A stretch of DNA of 64,000 nt from Eledone cirrhosa (taxonomy: Eukaryota), in NCBI GenBank assembly GCA_964016885.1, contig OZ024745.1, forward strand, positions 96,038,001-96,102,000, read 5' to 3'. Below the pieces are notes generated by a model, which searched no databases, was not told where the DNA came from, and saw only the letters and a list, made by a program, of their open reading frames with translations. Positions 51,680 to 64,000 of the stretch are shown here, in pieces. The position numbers and the translations under genes were made by a program. Positions within the stretch are counted from its first letter, which is position 1; every line of letters starts with the position of its first letter.

Positions 51680-53700
51680 GACGGGGGGTTCAGCGATCGT
51701 GGATCTAAAGTCGGTTTACTTGCATATAGATGAGAAGCTCTGGCGGTATCAGCTGGTCAGGTATAAGGGCCGGACATATTGCCTGACCAGGCTCGGTTTC
51801 GGGCTGAGCTCCGCACCGAAGATCATGGCGGCGGTCCTCAAGACCGCTCTGGGGAGGGCCGACAAGATAAAGAGGGCTACTAACTCCTACATTGACGACA
51901 TCCTAGTGGACGAGTCGGTGGTGTCGACGGCGGAGGTCACGAGCCATTTGCGGAGGTATGGACTGACTGCGAAGCTATCAGAAGCATTGGAGGGAGGAGC
52001 CGCACTGGGACTTAGGCTACGGCGAGATAAGACGGGCGTTTTGGTGTTCCAAAGGGGAAACGAAGTTCCGGAACTGGGCCCAAGTATGAATAGGCGGGAG
52101 CTTTTCTCGGTGTGTGGAAAGCTGGTGGGTCACTACCCGATCGCTGGGTGGCTCCGGACGGCATGCAGCTATGTCAAGAGACGAGCGGGAGGGGTGACTT
52201 GGAGTGACAGAGTGGGAGAGAGAACGGTGGCCATGATGCAGGAGATCGTGGGGAGGGTGAAGGCCGACGACCCAGTGCGGGGACGCTGGTACGTTCCCAA
52301 ATCACGGAGCGGGACCGTATGGTGCGATGCCAGCAGCATAGCGCTGGGTGTCACGTTGGAGATAGGAGGTGTTGAGGTCGAGGATGCAGCCTGGCTTAGA
52401 AAAAAGGACGACTGCAGCCACATCAATGTGGCCGAGCTGGACGCGGTGTTGAGAGGGGTGAACCTCGCCCTGCGGTGGGGGCTGCGCACCATCGAGATAC
52501 GCACCGACTCGGCTACCGTACTCGGATGGGTAAGATCAGTGCTCACCAGTGAGAAGAGAGTGCGAACGAGAGGCGCGGCGGAGATGCTGATAAAGCGCCG
52601 CCTGGGAACGTTAGGAGAGCTGGCCACCGAGTTCGACCTGAAGCTGAGCGTAGTGTTCGTGCCCTCAGAGAAAAATAGGGCGGACATCTTAACTAGAGTG
52701 AAGAAAGCCTGGATGGAAGCGCCGGAGGAGGTAGAGGATGAGATAGCTGCCGTGTGTCGGCTGACCGAGTTAGACCTGAAGGGGTTGCATGACATGCACC
52801 ACATGGGGGTGGATAGGAGCCTGTTCCTAGCCAGGAGAATCGACTCGGACGTTAGCAGACACAGTGTTCGGGGGGGGGGTTAGAGGCTGCGTCCGATGTC
52901 AGTCCATTGATCCCGCCCCGGGTGCACACGAAACGGGAAGCCTCCCGGTGGATCGCGACTGGAAGCGATTAGCGGTGGATGTGACGCACTACCGGCAGGG
53001 AACGTACCTCTCGATGGTCGACTGTGGACCAGGTCGAATGGCGATATGGAGGGAGATGAAGACTGGAACGGCCGAGGAAATCGTGCGGACGTTGAGAGAG
53101 GTGTTCTTGGAGCGGGGCCCTGTGGATGAACTGCTGATGGACAACAGCGCTCGGAGGCACTGAGGGAGATGCTCGATGGATGGAAGGTGGACCGTTTCTT
53201 CAGAGCGGCGCACAGGCCGAGCGGGAATGGAATCGTGGAGCGACACCACCGGACGATCAAGGCAATGGCGGAGTGGGGCCATATCTCACCAATGGAGGCA
53301 GTGTTCTGGTACAATATGTCCCCTCGGGTTGGACAGGTCGAGGAATCGGTGCCACATAGAGCAGTATTCAAATACGAGTGGCGGCACCCGTGCACGCCAC
53401 CACAACGGCCAGTGGGGAGAGAGAGTGCATTCGTGCAGGTGGGCGAAGAAGTCTGGGTTAAGCCCCCAGATGCACGTTGCACATCTCAATGGGGAAGGGG
53501 AACGGTGACGGCCGTAAATTCAAAGAACAATGTGTCCGTGGACGGGGTACCACGTCATGTCCTGGATGTAAGAAGAATCACTGTGTCGACGGACTCCGAG
53601 GAAGAGGAAACCCAAGATGAGGTGGAAACCCAGAGCCCTGCCCCAATACTACGAAGATCGCAACGAAGTCGTAGACCACCGACCTGGACGGCAGATTTCA
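51680..53700 (+). pseudogene. Gypsy pol remnant (RT, RNase H, integrase), frameshifted, protease missing
   Basis: 'DLKSVY..RLGFGLSSAP..YIDDI'; 'WCDAS..INVAELDA..TDS..NRADILTR'; 'H..H.G..C..C', 'LAVDVTH..MDN..GNGIVERHHRTIK'. Confidence 0.9.
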
Positions 53701-56515
53701 GATGCAGAGGGACGAGGGGGAAATTGATCCTTGAGATCAGGGGGGCGTGTGGGGGGAGGGGGTGCTCGACCGGAAGGGGTCTTTGACCGGAAGGATGCTC
53801 GACCGGAAGGGCCAGGAGAGGGCCTCTCTCTAGTAGTGACCAGCATACGGTGAGGACGCGTTTTGGGGCAGCTCCCGGTGTTAAGCAGTCGGACGCACGT
53901 GGAAGAGGAGTACCTGCAGTGGAATTTAGCGGCGCCTGTGAAAAGCGGTAAGTGAGATAGCTTTTTCTAACCACAGTTTAGTCGATGTGTAGGCGTTTAT
54001 TCTGGTAGGTTCTAATTCTAGTAGGTTCTAATTCTGGTAGGTTCTAAGGGTTCTTTTGTTTCACGTTGAGTAGCTAGCTAACAGGTAGATGGCGCTGTAT
54101 ATTTCACAGCTGTTATTTCCGGTGGCTGTACATTAGCCCCCTGCCAGTTCTTTTGTACAACAAAAGAGCGAAATATCGTATAGGAATGGGCCAGTGGTGC
54201 ATTTGTCATGACAATAGCCCCAGGATTGTCCAGCACGTTGTGAAATTTTGTGATCATCGAGTACAGGACAGAGTCGATGTAGAGATGATATGGCAAGATG
54301 TGTGTGTCAGGAAGAGAAAAAAGAAATAAACTATAAAATGACTTTGACCAGATTTATGCAGGCGTGATGAATGAGCCTGTTGCAATTTCGGTTGAGCTGC
54401 TTGTGAATTGCGTGACAAAAAGTCTAACTGGGCAGTGAAGATAACCGTAATGTGTGAACTGAATGTCCGTAAGCATGCTGCCTAAAGGTAACAGCTTGCT
54501 CCACATCATATGACTTGAGCGAATGCATGTGGTAAAAAAATAGCGAGGCATTCTCGAGCTATTGAGTGAATGTGTACGTGAAAACAGAAGGCCAGTGTTT
54601 TGAGGTTGTGATTTGTGAAATGCGTGATCAAAGAGAAAACATTTTGTAGTGTAAGAGTTAGAGGGACACAAATATCTATTGCTCAGTGTATGAACCAAAA
54701 GGTGAAACAAATGTGGTTTTGTAGTGTGCATGAAAAACAGAATATGTACACGCCTTGTATGTATATAAAAATTATGGCAATTACACAATCAATGTTACAG
54801 AACAAGAAAAATACAAATTTTGCAAAACAAGAGAGAGAAGAAAAAAAATGTTATACACAATGATATACACAATGTTTGTTCTTAAATAGTGTTTGTAATA
54901 AATAATGTTCTTTGTGACATGAGCACATGGTCACTAACAATTGCAATTGTTCAAGCAGAAAGTTCATTGTATTTGAAACTGGAAATAGTAAACACAAGAA
55001 AAATGGAAATGTTTTGCACGAAGAATGATTAAGAAACTCACTTGAGGTTAACGGTAATTCACATATTGTGCCAACTTTGCGGGCCAATGGACGCGTCGTC
55101 CGCTTCTCGTGACTGGAGATGAAACAAGTGGCTCGCTGGGACAGCAATCTGTTGGAGTTTCTGGTGGAGAGACTGCAACAGTATCCATGATGGCTTTTTT
55201 TTAATCTGTCCACGCTGACAGAATTCTGTTTACCATCTAGATCGAGAATAAAATATTTCGGATATTTTTTTAGAACACGATAAGGGCCAGAATATGGAGG
55301 TCGAAGATGAGCTGAGATGGTGTCGTTTCGAACGAAAACGTGTGTCCAATCATCAATGTCTGAAGGTACGTGTGTGGCCGTGTTCTGTTGACGGGTGCTT
55401 GCAGGAGCAAGGTGAGACATATATTGTCGAAGACGGTGTACGTATGATCCTGGGTCTGGAACATCCTGAGGAGAGATGGGAGCAACCATCTGACCAGGTA
55501 GAACCAGACCCAGGATCATACGTACACCGTCTTCGACAATATGTCTCACCTTGCTCCTGCAAGCACCCGTCAACAGAACACGGCCACACACGTACCTTAT
55601 GTATACACATACACACATATATATATACACACACATATACCCACACAAACCTATACACATATATATATATAGAGAGAGAGAGACAGACATATACACATAT
55701 GTAGTATACACTCGTAAAAGTACTCGTAAATATACAAAAACACGTACACACATATAAGCATACATACAATATAAGGAAGAGGACATAACATACGTACATA
55801 CACACACACACGTACATACAACCACACAGTCAGACACGCGCACATGCACATAAGTATATATATATATACATGTGTATGTGTACATCCATACGTATCCGCA
55901 CGTACGTGTACACACACACGCATGCCTACATATGTATGTATAGTTATAGACATACTTAAGACAAACAATATAATGGAACTAAGTGAGGAAACACACTCAA
56001 TTATAAAAATGACATATAAAAATAAAAATAAAAACGTATATATACTTAAAACATGGTGGGTGTGTAAGGACATGGGGGGGGGGGGGTATAACTAAAGTAA
56101 TATAATAAAATTAACAGGTGGGAGAGAAAAGAGTGTATAAATTATTAGTTGTGGTGGAAAGTAAATGTTTGTAAATCGATCTGGATAAAGGTATGTGGTT
56201 ATAAAGATATCGGGGTAAAAGTGGGGGTGGCGTATAATAAGAGGACAGAATGAAGATGGTGGATGTGTATGTGTTAAAAGTATGGTAGAAAAGAAGGGAG
56301 CAGGCAGTATAAATCAAATGACATAAATAAATAAACATGAGGAAGAAAAATGTATATATTGGTAGAAAGTATGTTTATATGATGAACTGGGTAAGGTGTG
56401 GTGTTCGTAAACTGGTGATATTGGTAGTGAGTGGAGGGGTTAATATGTAAAGAGAAAGCTCAGGGTGGTTGAGTAGTCGTTGGTGTATTAATGCAGCTAA
56501 AAAGGAGATGCGATT

Positions 56516-58090
56516 TCAGGTGCGGACAACTTCTGAAGATCTCAGTCTTGAGCAAGTGTGAGGGGTTTTCAGATTTTGAAGAATTCTAAATTTTTCAGTT
56601 ATACACAAAGAACATTTCCTTGTGCCCCTTTGGCATTCGTTTGAGTGGTCTAAAATTGACCAATCAATGGAGTATGGAATGTGTCTGTCTTTAAACTCCC
56701 ACACTTTATATGCCAGCGCCGTTGAAGTTCTTTTCTCAGGGTGTTTGAATGAAGCGACGTGTGCATAATACCTGGTTTTAAATTTGACTTGTGTCATGCC
56801 AACATATCGCTCACTTCTGACTAGCTGGTTATTTATGATCGGTGTCAACTTGGTCTCATATACAATAGATTTGGTATTACATTTGCCCTGTAATGGGCAT
56901 TCTTCAGGTTTCCTGCAGCTGCATCCTGGGTTTCCTCTAGTTACATTTGTGTTGGTGATTTTGGTTTTCATTGATGGGCAGCAAGAGTAGCTGATTTTAA
57001 CTAAATTTCTATTAAATATCTTATTATATCTATGGTTTTGTGGGAAATGTTTGTCTAGGAGTTCGAGGAATTTTCTTACTACGTTAGTTTTAACTGTTAG
57101 AGATAAAGGAGTTGTAAACCATATAATTTTTCTTTTCCTGTTATTGTGCTAGGTAGGTAAATATTTGATTTGTTCGGCGAAGCCGCTGTTTTTGAGGGCC
57201 TTATAATATATTTATTAAAAATATCTATAGACGAAGATAAGGTAGAGATCCTACGACTAATGTTAGGAATAAGATTTTTAAAGACTATAGGGGGATGGAA
57301 AGACTCTTAAATTTTCATTGGGTTTATGATAGGGTTTAAAAGAGGCAGTAAGTAGGTCAAGATTGATATCGAGGAAGTTGGTATTAGTAAGATTCGTATC
57401 TATAGTAATTTTTAGGTTTAAGTTAGCAAAGGTATTAATTAAGTCTTTACGGAATTTATCAAGGTTATGGCCGTTGGTGGTATGAGAAACGGCCAAACCA
57501 TCGTCTCGGTATAAGCCAATATTATGGCAAGGAAATTTCTCTTTAAGGGTGTGGAGGAGGAATAATCCATCTAAATCGCACACATCGGCGCTATCATATG
57601 AGCCCATCGAGACATCAAAAGAGTTTTATGGGCTTGATTTTTTAACCCAAGTACCTTCTTTAGCGAAAAGTAGTGTTTTCCTAGCGTGTAAGATAACATC
57701 TTGCTCTAATTTAGAAATATTAATGAAAAGTCTAGCAAAATCTAGGGCTTTAATTAATAAGGATTCTGTGATAGAGGGATAAAATTCAACAATATCAAAT
57801 TGGGTAAATCTACACTTATTTTTTCCTTGTATATTATTAAACCAAGATATAACAGGAAGTATTTAACCATTGGGACAACTCAGTCATAGTTCTTATTTGA
57901 AGTATTATATTTCTTAGGATTTTTTTACTCGCAAGACCAATTTCAGATTTAGCAGGGTTGATTAGTCTACAACTAGGGCGATTAGTAAAGTCTGATTTAT
58001 GGGTAATATATGCATTACGTTTAGACTTTCAGTTCAGTTATCAATTTTTAAAGTACTAGCTAGGGCTTTAGCTTCATTATTAATGATATT
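56516..58090 (-). pseudogene. PLE ORF remnant: reverse transcriptase + C-terminal GIY-YIG
   Basis: 'RLINPAKSEIG..QFDIVEFYPSI..FDVSMGSYDSADVCDL..GLYRDDGL..FLDI'; 'CSCRKPEECPL.G.C..IVYE..YVGMT..FKTRY..H'; stops and frameshifts. Confidence 0.9.
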
Positions 58091-58276
58091 ATTTACTTTC
58101 CACCACAACTAATAATTTATACACTCTTTTCTCCCCACCTGTTCATTTTATTATATTATTTTAGTTATACTCCCCCATGTCCTTATACACCCACTATGGT
58201 TTAAGTATATATACGTTTTTATTTTTATTTTTTTGTCATTTTTATAATTGAGTGTGTTTCCTCACTTAGTTCCATT

Positions 58277-58386
58277 CAATCCCGCCGAGGTTAACTTTGC
58301 CTTTCATCCTTACGGGGTCGATAAAATAAAGTACCAGTAATGTACTGGGTAATTGCTGGCCTTGTGCCATAAGTAGAAACAATTAT
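58277..58386 (+). mobile_element. 5'-truncated SINE inserted in the right arm of PLE C
   Basis: Absent from the left arm (55960-55990); inserted at ATT. Confidence 0.85.
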
Positions 58387-58664
58387 ATTGTTTGTCTTAA
58401 GTATGTCTATAACTTTACATACATGTATATGCATGCGTATAAGTGTGTGAACACGTACGTGCGGGTACGTATAGATGTACACATACACATGTATATATAT
58501 ATATATACCTACTCGAGTGTCTGACTGTGTGTGGTTGTATGTACGTGTGTTATGTCCTCTTCCTTATATTGTATGTATGCTTATATGTGTGTACGTGTTT
58601 TTGTATATTTACGAGTACTTTTACGTGTGTATACTACATATGTGTATATATGTGTATGTGTCTG

Positions 58665-58695
<31 letters not shown>

Positions 58696-60104
58696 GTGTA
58701 TAGGCTTGTGTGGGTATATGTGTGTGTATATATATATGTGTGTATGTGTATACATATGTATATGTATATATGTGTGTGTGTATGTTTATATATATATATA
58801 TACATATATGTGTACATATATATATTTATTTATCCCCCCCCCCCACCTTTCGTTGTCACCCCATCCCTTTTTGCTTTCATTTTATTTCCTCTCCTTGATT
58901 TTTAATTTTATTTGTTTATATCTGGTCCCCCAACTACTTCCCAATGTATCGGTGCGCATATGTGAATGAAAGATCACCCGCATATGTGTGTATTTGTATT
59001 TCCATGTAGACGCACATATATTTATGTGTGAATGTATATGTTTACGTTCTATTACGTATATGAGTGAGTTTATGTGTGTTTATGTATTTGGATATTTATT
59101 TATTAATTTTTTTTCCCTTCAATTTTTTGCCCATTATTTAATTTCAGCCTCACTTTCATTTACCCTATACTCTGTTTTCAAATCCATACTGCTACTTCAT
59201 AAATAAATATTGTTTCTGATGAATGAAGACAGACATAAATATCTGTCTTCAAGAAACCACTGGTAAATGAAATAATTATCTTATGTTGTTTATTACATAA
59301 CTAAATATATATATATATATACATATATACTTACTTATATACTTATATATGTATATGATTACAATGGATCGGATAACTGTTACATAATGATTTTGATACC
59401 TTTTCATACCATAATGAAATGTACACAATAGGTGTGATGTAATAAACTTAAGTTAATATATATATATAGGCCTTATAAAAACTTAGTAGCTATATAAGTA
59501 TAATACTTATTCTGTCTCTCTGATTTTAACCAGATTATATTGTTCTCAGCAAAATATTAAATGTATTGGTAGTGTGCAAGTGCTCTAAGGTCTTCGATCT
59601 TAGCTTCAGTTCTCTCATTGAGCGATCATAGAGCTACATGATTATTATATTATATATCAATCTCTTTTTAGTATTTAATCTCCTAGTTTAGTAAAGCAGT
59701 TTCTTAGTGTGTGAGCTATTTCTAGCGTTGCCACATACCACTTTCATCTTGTAGAATGTTGAAATTTTATTTCTTCTCTACAATGACTGGCCTCCCATTC
59801 TAATATTTTTCTGGAATTAAAAGACGTCTACTGATGATTGCTGGTTCTTTGCTTCACTATTTGTTGATGTTAACCAACGGTGAATGTTGATGATTTTTGC
59901 TGGCATAAAATGGTAACATACAGGCCATATTAAAACTTTGTGACTGTTTTTTAGCCTGATTATATTTTTCTCTGCAAAATATTAAATATGTAGTTTCCTA
60001 TGAGGTTTTAGATTTTTAGCTTCAATTCTCTCATTGAAAAATCATAGAGCCACATGATCATTATATTATATATCAATGTCTTTTATGATATATATATATC
60101 ATCA

Positions 60105-60640
60105 TAATCGTTTTTACGTCCACTTTTCCATGCTAGCAAGGGTTGGATGAGTCTTTCTCTGCTTGACATCTCTTCACACATTGCAATCCTCTGTCTTTGC
60201 TTCTGCAAGTCTCAGTGGTTTTAGCTCAGCTCTCACAACCTCTGCTTAGGTCTTTCTTGGTTTACCTCTATTGTGATTTCCTTCCACTGTCATTTGCTGG
60301 CACTTCTTCACCCCACGATCATTATCCATGTGCATCACATGTTCAAAAACAAGACAGTTTTCTGTCCACCACACTACCTTGGATTCCTCTTAAATCCAGC
60401 TTCTTCAACTAGTCCAAGCTCTGCCTCTCTCCCTCACTTACATTACACATCCAATGGAGCATGGTTGTTTCATTTCTCTCCAGTCTACATATATGTTCTC
60501 TGCAGTCACAGCCCATGTTTCACTACCATGCAGCATCACACTTTGCACACAGGCATCATACAGTCATCCTTTTGTACATAGTGAGAAACCTTTTGTGGTC
60601 AACAGGGGGAGTAGCTCTCTGAACTATTTCCATCCTATCT
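60105..60640 (-). mobile_element. decayed RTE 3' fragment
   Basis: Reverse-complement similarity to 42160-42660 (KGFSL.TKG.LYDACV..HGSETW). Confidence 0.7.
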
Positions 60641-60689
60641 ATACATACTATACTATATTGTACCATATTATACATAGTCTAATGTAGAA

Positions 60690-61372
60690 AGCTGAGGGTG
60701 TCTGGGCATCACTCAGTATGACCTTTGTCAGTTGCTCTCCAGCTATCTATTTAAAACTGCATACAACTATGGTGCGGCTACACTTATATTTGCATCACCA
60801 GTCTGGAACCCCTATCTTGCTCACAATATTAACCTCCTGGAAACTGTTAAGAGACGTGCAACCAAGCGAATACCCTCCATCAGGCATCTACAATACTCTG
60901 AATGCCTTGCTTCCCTGGGCATAGATACATTGAAGCTCCGACATTTGGCTACTGACTTGATAAACACCCTCAAAATTATAAACCATCTTGCCAACACGAC
61001 TTGAACACCTTTTTGAATTCCATGTGTCTAACACCCATGGGCATGCCTACAAAACCAGAAAGCAGCACAGCTCCGATGATTTCAGAAATATTTTTTCATG
61101 CTCAGAGTTGCTGAAGAATGGAACAAACTACCTGCATCAATTGTTAGCTGCCAGGACACTGCATCCTTTAAAACTTCCATGCTTTCTGAAATTTGCCACC
61201 ACTATATCTGATATTCCCCTCCACACACACACACATGTATATTATGACTCATACACTGTTCACTTTCCTGACATTTTTACATTATTCTATGTACCTTTGA
61301 TGAGTTGTAGTGCTCCTGAGCACTGTACACAATAATTTCATTATTACTATTATTATTACTACTATTGTTGCC
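60690..61372 (+). mobile_element. CR1/L2-group LINE 3' fragment with (ATT)-rich tail
   Basis: 'FASPVWNPYL..NINLLETV.RRATK.IP.I.HL.Y.E.L..L..TL..R..DL..HGH.YK'. Confidence 0.8.
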
Positions 61373-62273
61373 TAATCTAGCAACATATGGAAAACACTGT
61401 TCTTGTTTGGTGTAAGCTCTTTAAAATTGGAAGCCAACTAATCAGATTGTTTGATTATGTAGAATGAAGGAATCCTGAAGTAAACTCTGTAGAGAAATAT
61501 CAGATTGGCAAACAGGACATTGCTCTTCTTCAAAAATAAATTCAAAGTACCAGAGAAGAGAGAAGATACTAGAATTTCTTTTCATTAAGCCAAAATACCT
61601 GGAGACAACTATATTTCATCAGAAATATAATTTTCTTTGGGAATTGGATATAATTATCCCCAGAATTTGATACAAAATGAATGACTTCAGTGATGAGACA
61701 TTCATCAAACCAGTGAAAACCAGCACACACATAACCATATACATTTCTTGGAAGATTGAAAGCTAGGATAGAACCACACCATCAATAAGATGAGACTAAA
61801 AGGGAAGAGAAACATAAAGAGTGGATTAAAGGGAGATAAAGAAGGAAAACTGCAAAAAGAAGACATTTACACATCTGCCTTAAAAACTGGCTGATAATTA
61901 CCTTTAACAGATACACTAGAAAGTCATTGACCTGCTTGGAAATGTAAGATAAACAGCATCGATACTTAATACCTGATATTTTATAAGATAATAATTGTTT
62001 CTACTTTAGGCACAAGGCCAACAATTACCCAGTGCATTACTGGTACTTTATTTTATCGACCCCGTAAGGATGAAAGGCAAAGTCAACCTCGGCGGGATTT
62101 GAACTCTGATATAATAATAAAATTAAAAACTTATTATGTCTGTTTTAAAAGCTACATCAGTTTAGTATCAATAGATTCTCTCAGGTGAAATAATTTGCTG
62201 AACGAGTTCTACTGAAATATATATATACATCTCAATAAATGTAATGAAAATCTAAAACCCTCATCCATTTTAT

Positions 62274-62311
<38 letters not shown>

Positions 62312-64000
62312 GTGTGTGTGTGTGTGTGTGTGCATGTGTACGTGTGTGCATGTGTGTGTGTGTTTGTGTGTGGATATGTGTGAATGTGCATGTTTGTGTG
62401 TGTTTGCGTACGTGTGACTATGTGTATGTATGTGTGCATGCATGTGTGTGTGTATATGTCCATATGTTTGTGTGTGTGTGTGTGTGCATGCTGGTTATGG
62501 GGTTATGGAGCAGGAGAGAGTTGGAAGCTGGGAGGAAAAGATAGTGATTCGGTATCTTTTGCTGTGCCATTGGACACCATCTATCAACATCCCCCTCTTG
62601 GACAAGACTACAATCTCCAGTGAATGTATGTAAGGTGTCTTCTTTAAACCAAAGAGCCATGCATCTTCATACATACAGGCAACAGATAGATTTATAAAAT
62701 AAAGAAAAGTCCTTCAAACAGTAGTATTATTAATAAATTAAGAAAAAGTTCCTTTAAAAACAAAACATAATGTAAAAATCTGTATTTAAAAATATTAAAT
62801 TAAAAGGATAATAAATAAAAAAAACTGTCTTCGTTGTCGTCATCGTCGTTTTCTTCTTCTTCTTCGCCCACTTATTCCTGAGAGGGTCATGGGGGCAGAG
62901 TACTCAAACACTTCTTTCAGCAGATCCTGTCAGAAGCAACTGTCTCCAACTGATCTGGATGGATCCCCAAGGGAAACCAGCCAAGATCATGGATGTTATC
63001 CAACCAACTTACTCAGGGTCTACCCCTGGATCTCCTGTCATTTGGTTTTTCCTGTAAAATCTGTCCAATGATTCTTTCTTGAAACATTCTAACCATATGC
63101 TCATAGTATCAGAGCTGTGATCTCTCAATTCAGAGAAGTAGCTACTCTACCTAGAGTGACTTTCTGATCTCCAAGCTACTGAATTGAATATAGCAAGTTT
63201 GGCTTTTACACCTTTCCCCCTTCTTCTGATTACTGGATGCTGAAGCTGGCATATTACTGCACCAGTTCCTTTAATTCTTGTACTTAATTCAGCCACCTAC
63301 ATTCCATCATTCGTGAACATGGCCCCAAGATACTTGAAATTCTCTACCTGCTTCAGTGGAACTCCATTTCCATGTAGATTGCACTGCGTAGGCTTCCTTA
63401 AGAAGACGAGTGTCTCAGTTTTTGCAACACTAATTTTCATTATAGCCATGCAGCACTTGGCATCAAATAAAAAAGAAATGTAAAATATAAATTTTAATAT
63501 TCCTTTAAATTTATTTTAAACAGATTAATGGTCCTGTAAGCACTTTTAGCTGTCATACTAACTGTTCAGACAGTAAAACTAAATTGAGTGACAAATTAAT
63601 ATAGAAAATATTATGAAAGAGCCAGAGGTGGCTGATTCCATTTAGTATGAGGTAGATGAATGATTTGCTCTCACAACTTGATGACAAAACATTCATGAAC
63701 AAATATTCTATAGCAGTCACTAAGCTTATGAATTGAAATTCTATAGTAACTGTATTGCTAACATGCATTTTCAGTTCAGTTTTGGATTAAAAAAATCTTT
63801 ATGAAATATTCTTCTTTTCCTTTTTATAGATTTTCTTCTTCTACCTTCATTTGAAAAAGGGGGACATTTTGAATCAACAATTTGTACACGTGTCACTTCA
63901 TGGTGTATTCCTTACAGTTGGGTCCTTGATCTGCTGTTTATGTACTCTGCCTGACTCAGTGCACTAACTCCATTCCTGCTTGATTGATATCATTGTCGGT

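Larger units (their letters stand above)
50875..53975 (+). mobile_element. internally deleted Gypsy LTR retrotransposon with paired LTRs (50875-51111, 53748-53975)
   Basis: TG..CA LTRs with 3 substitutions seen by eye outside the poly-G; PPT GAGATCAGGGGGGCG; gag, RT, RNase H, integrase order. Confidence 0.9.
50472..55598 (-). mobile_element. 3' fragment of a Gypsy LTR element (integrase C-terminus, PPT, 3' LTR 54132->50472)
   Basis: 'THVFVRND....LRPPYSGPYRVL....KYF.L...GKQNSVSVDRLK' (GPY/F). PPT ACTGGCAGGGGGCTAA (54148-54133) precedes TG; the LTR ends CGCTACA at 50472. TATG flanks both sides. Confidence 0.75.
49655..59305 (-). mobile_element. 5'-truncated Penelope-like element C with inverted pLTR and nested insertions
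   Basis: RT and GIY-YIG at 56516-58090. The 3' pLTR 56166->49720 is mirrored at 58091-59305. Hammerhead in both arms; (TA)n flanks. Confidence 0.85.

Noticed and set aside
54851-55915. 354-aa ORF as a novel gene
   Set aside because: Chimera of (TG/TA)n microsatellite, the inverted duplication and a Gypsy integrase C-terminus.
59522-60085. Diverged ~140-bp direct repeat (59522-59670 / 59948-60085), possibly old tandem pLTRs
   Set aside because: Only degenerate ribozyme-like words and no clear ORF; origin cannot be assigned.

Overview
AT-rich, microsatellite-laden eukaryotic (animal) genomic DNA made almost entirely of transposable elements and their remnants. I could not identify a host protein-coding gene. 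The SINE and RTE families look cephalopod (Octopus-like); this is an inference, not a database result. Main contents: (1) a near full-length L1/Tx1-type LINE and a truncated sibling (- strand, 17.5-24.4 kb) plus a near full-length R4/Dong LINE and a truncated relative (+ strand, 25.1-29.8 kb), all sitting in (AAT)n arrays; (2) two nested Gypsy LTR elements and a solo LTR; (3) many RTE and CR1 fragments, tRNA-derived SINEs, a Helitron-like element and MITEs; (4) Penelope-like elements (PLEs) inserted in (TA)n arrays. The most striking signal involves four PLE-type insertions that are unrelated in sequence. Two of them are entirely non-coding palindromes with arms of about 0.64 and 1.2 kb. All four share one RNA architecture: a minimal type-I hammerhead ribozyme, then about 43-61 nt, then a CUC/GAG stem-loop with a 2-nt 3' bulge. 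In every case the inverted copy of the element stops 2-4 nt before that stem-loop. One element carries two covarying tandem hammerheads with cleavage sites 378 nt apart, which could release a retrozyme-like RNA. All RNA structures were folded by eye and need computational and biochemical confirmation.
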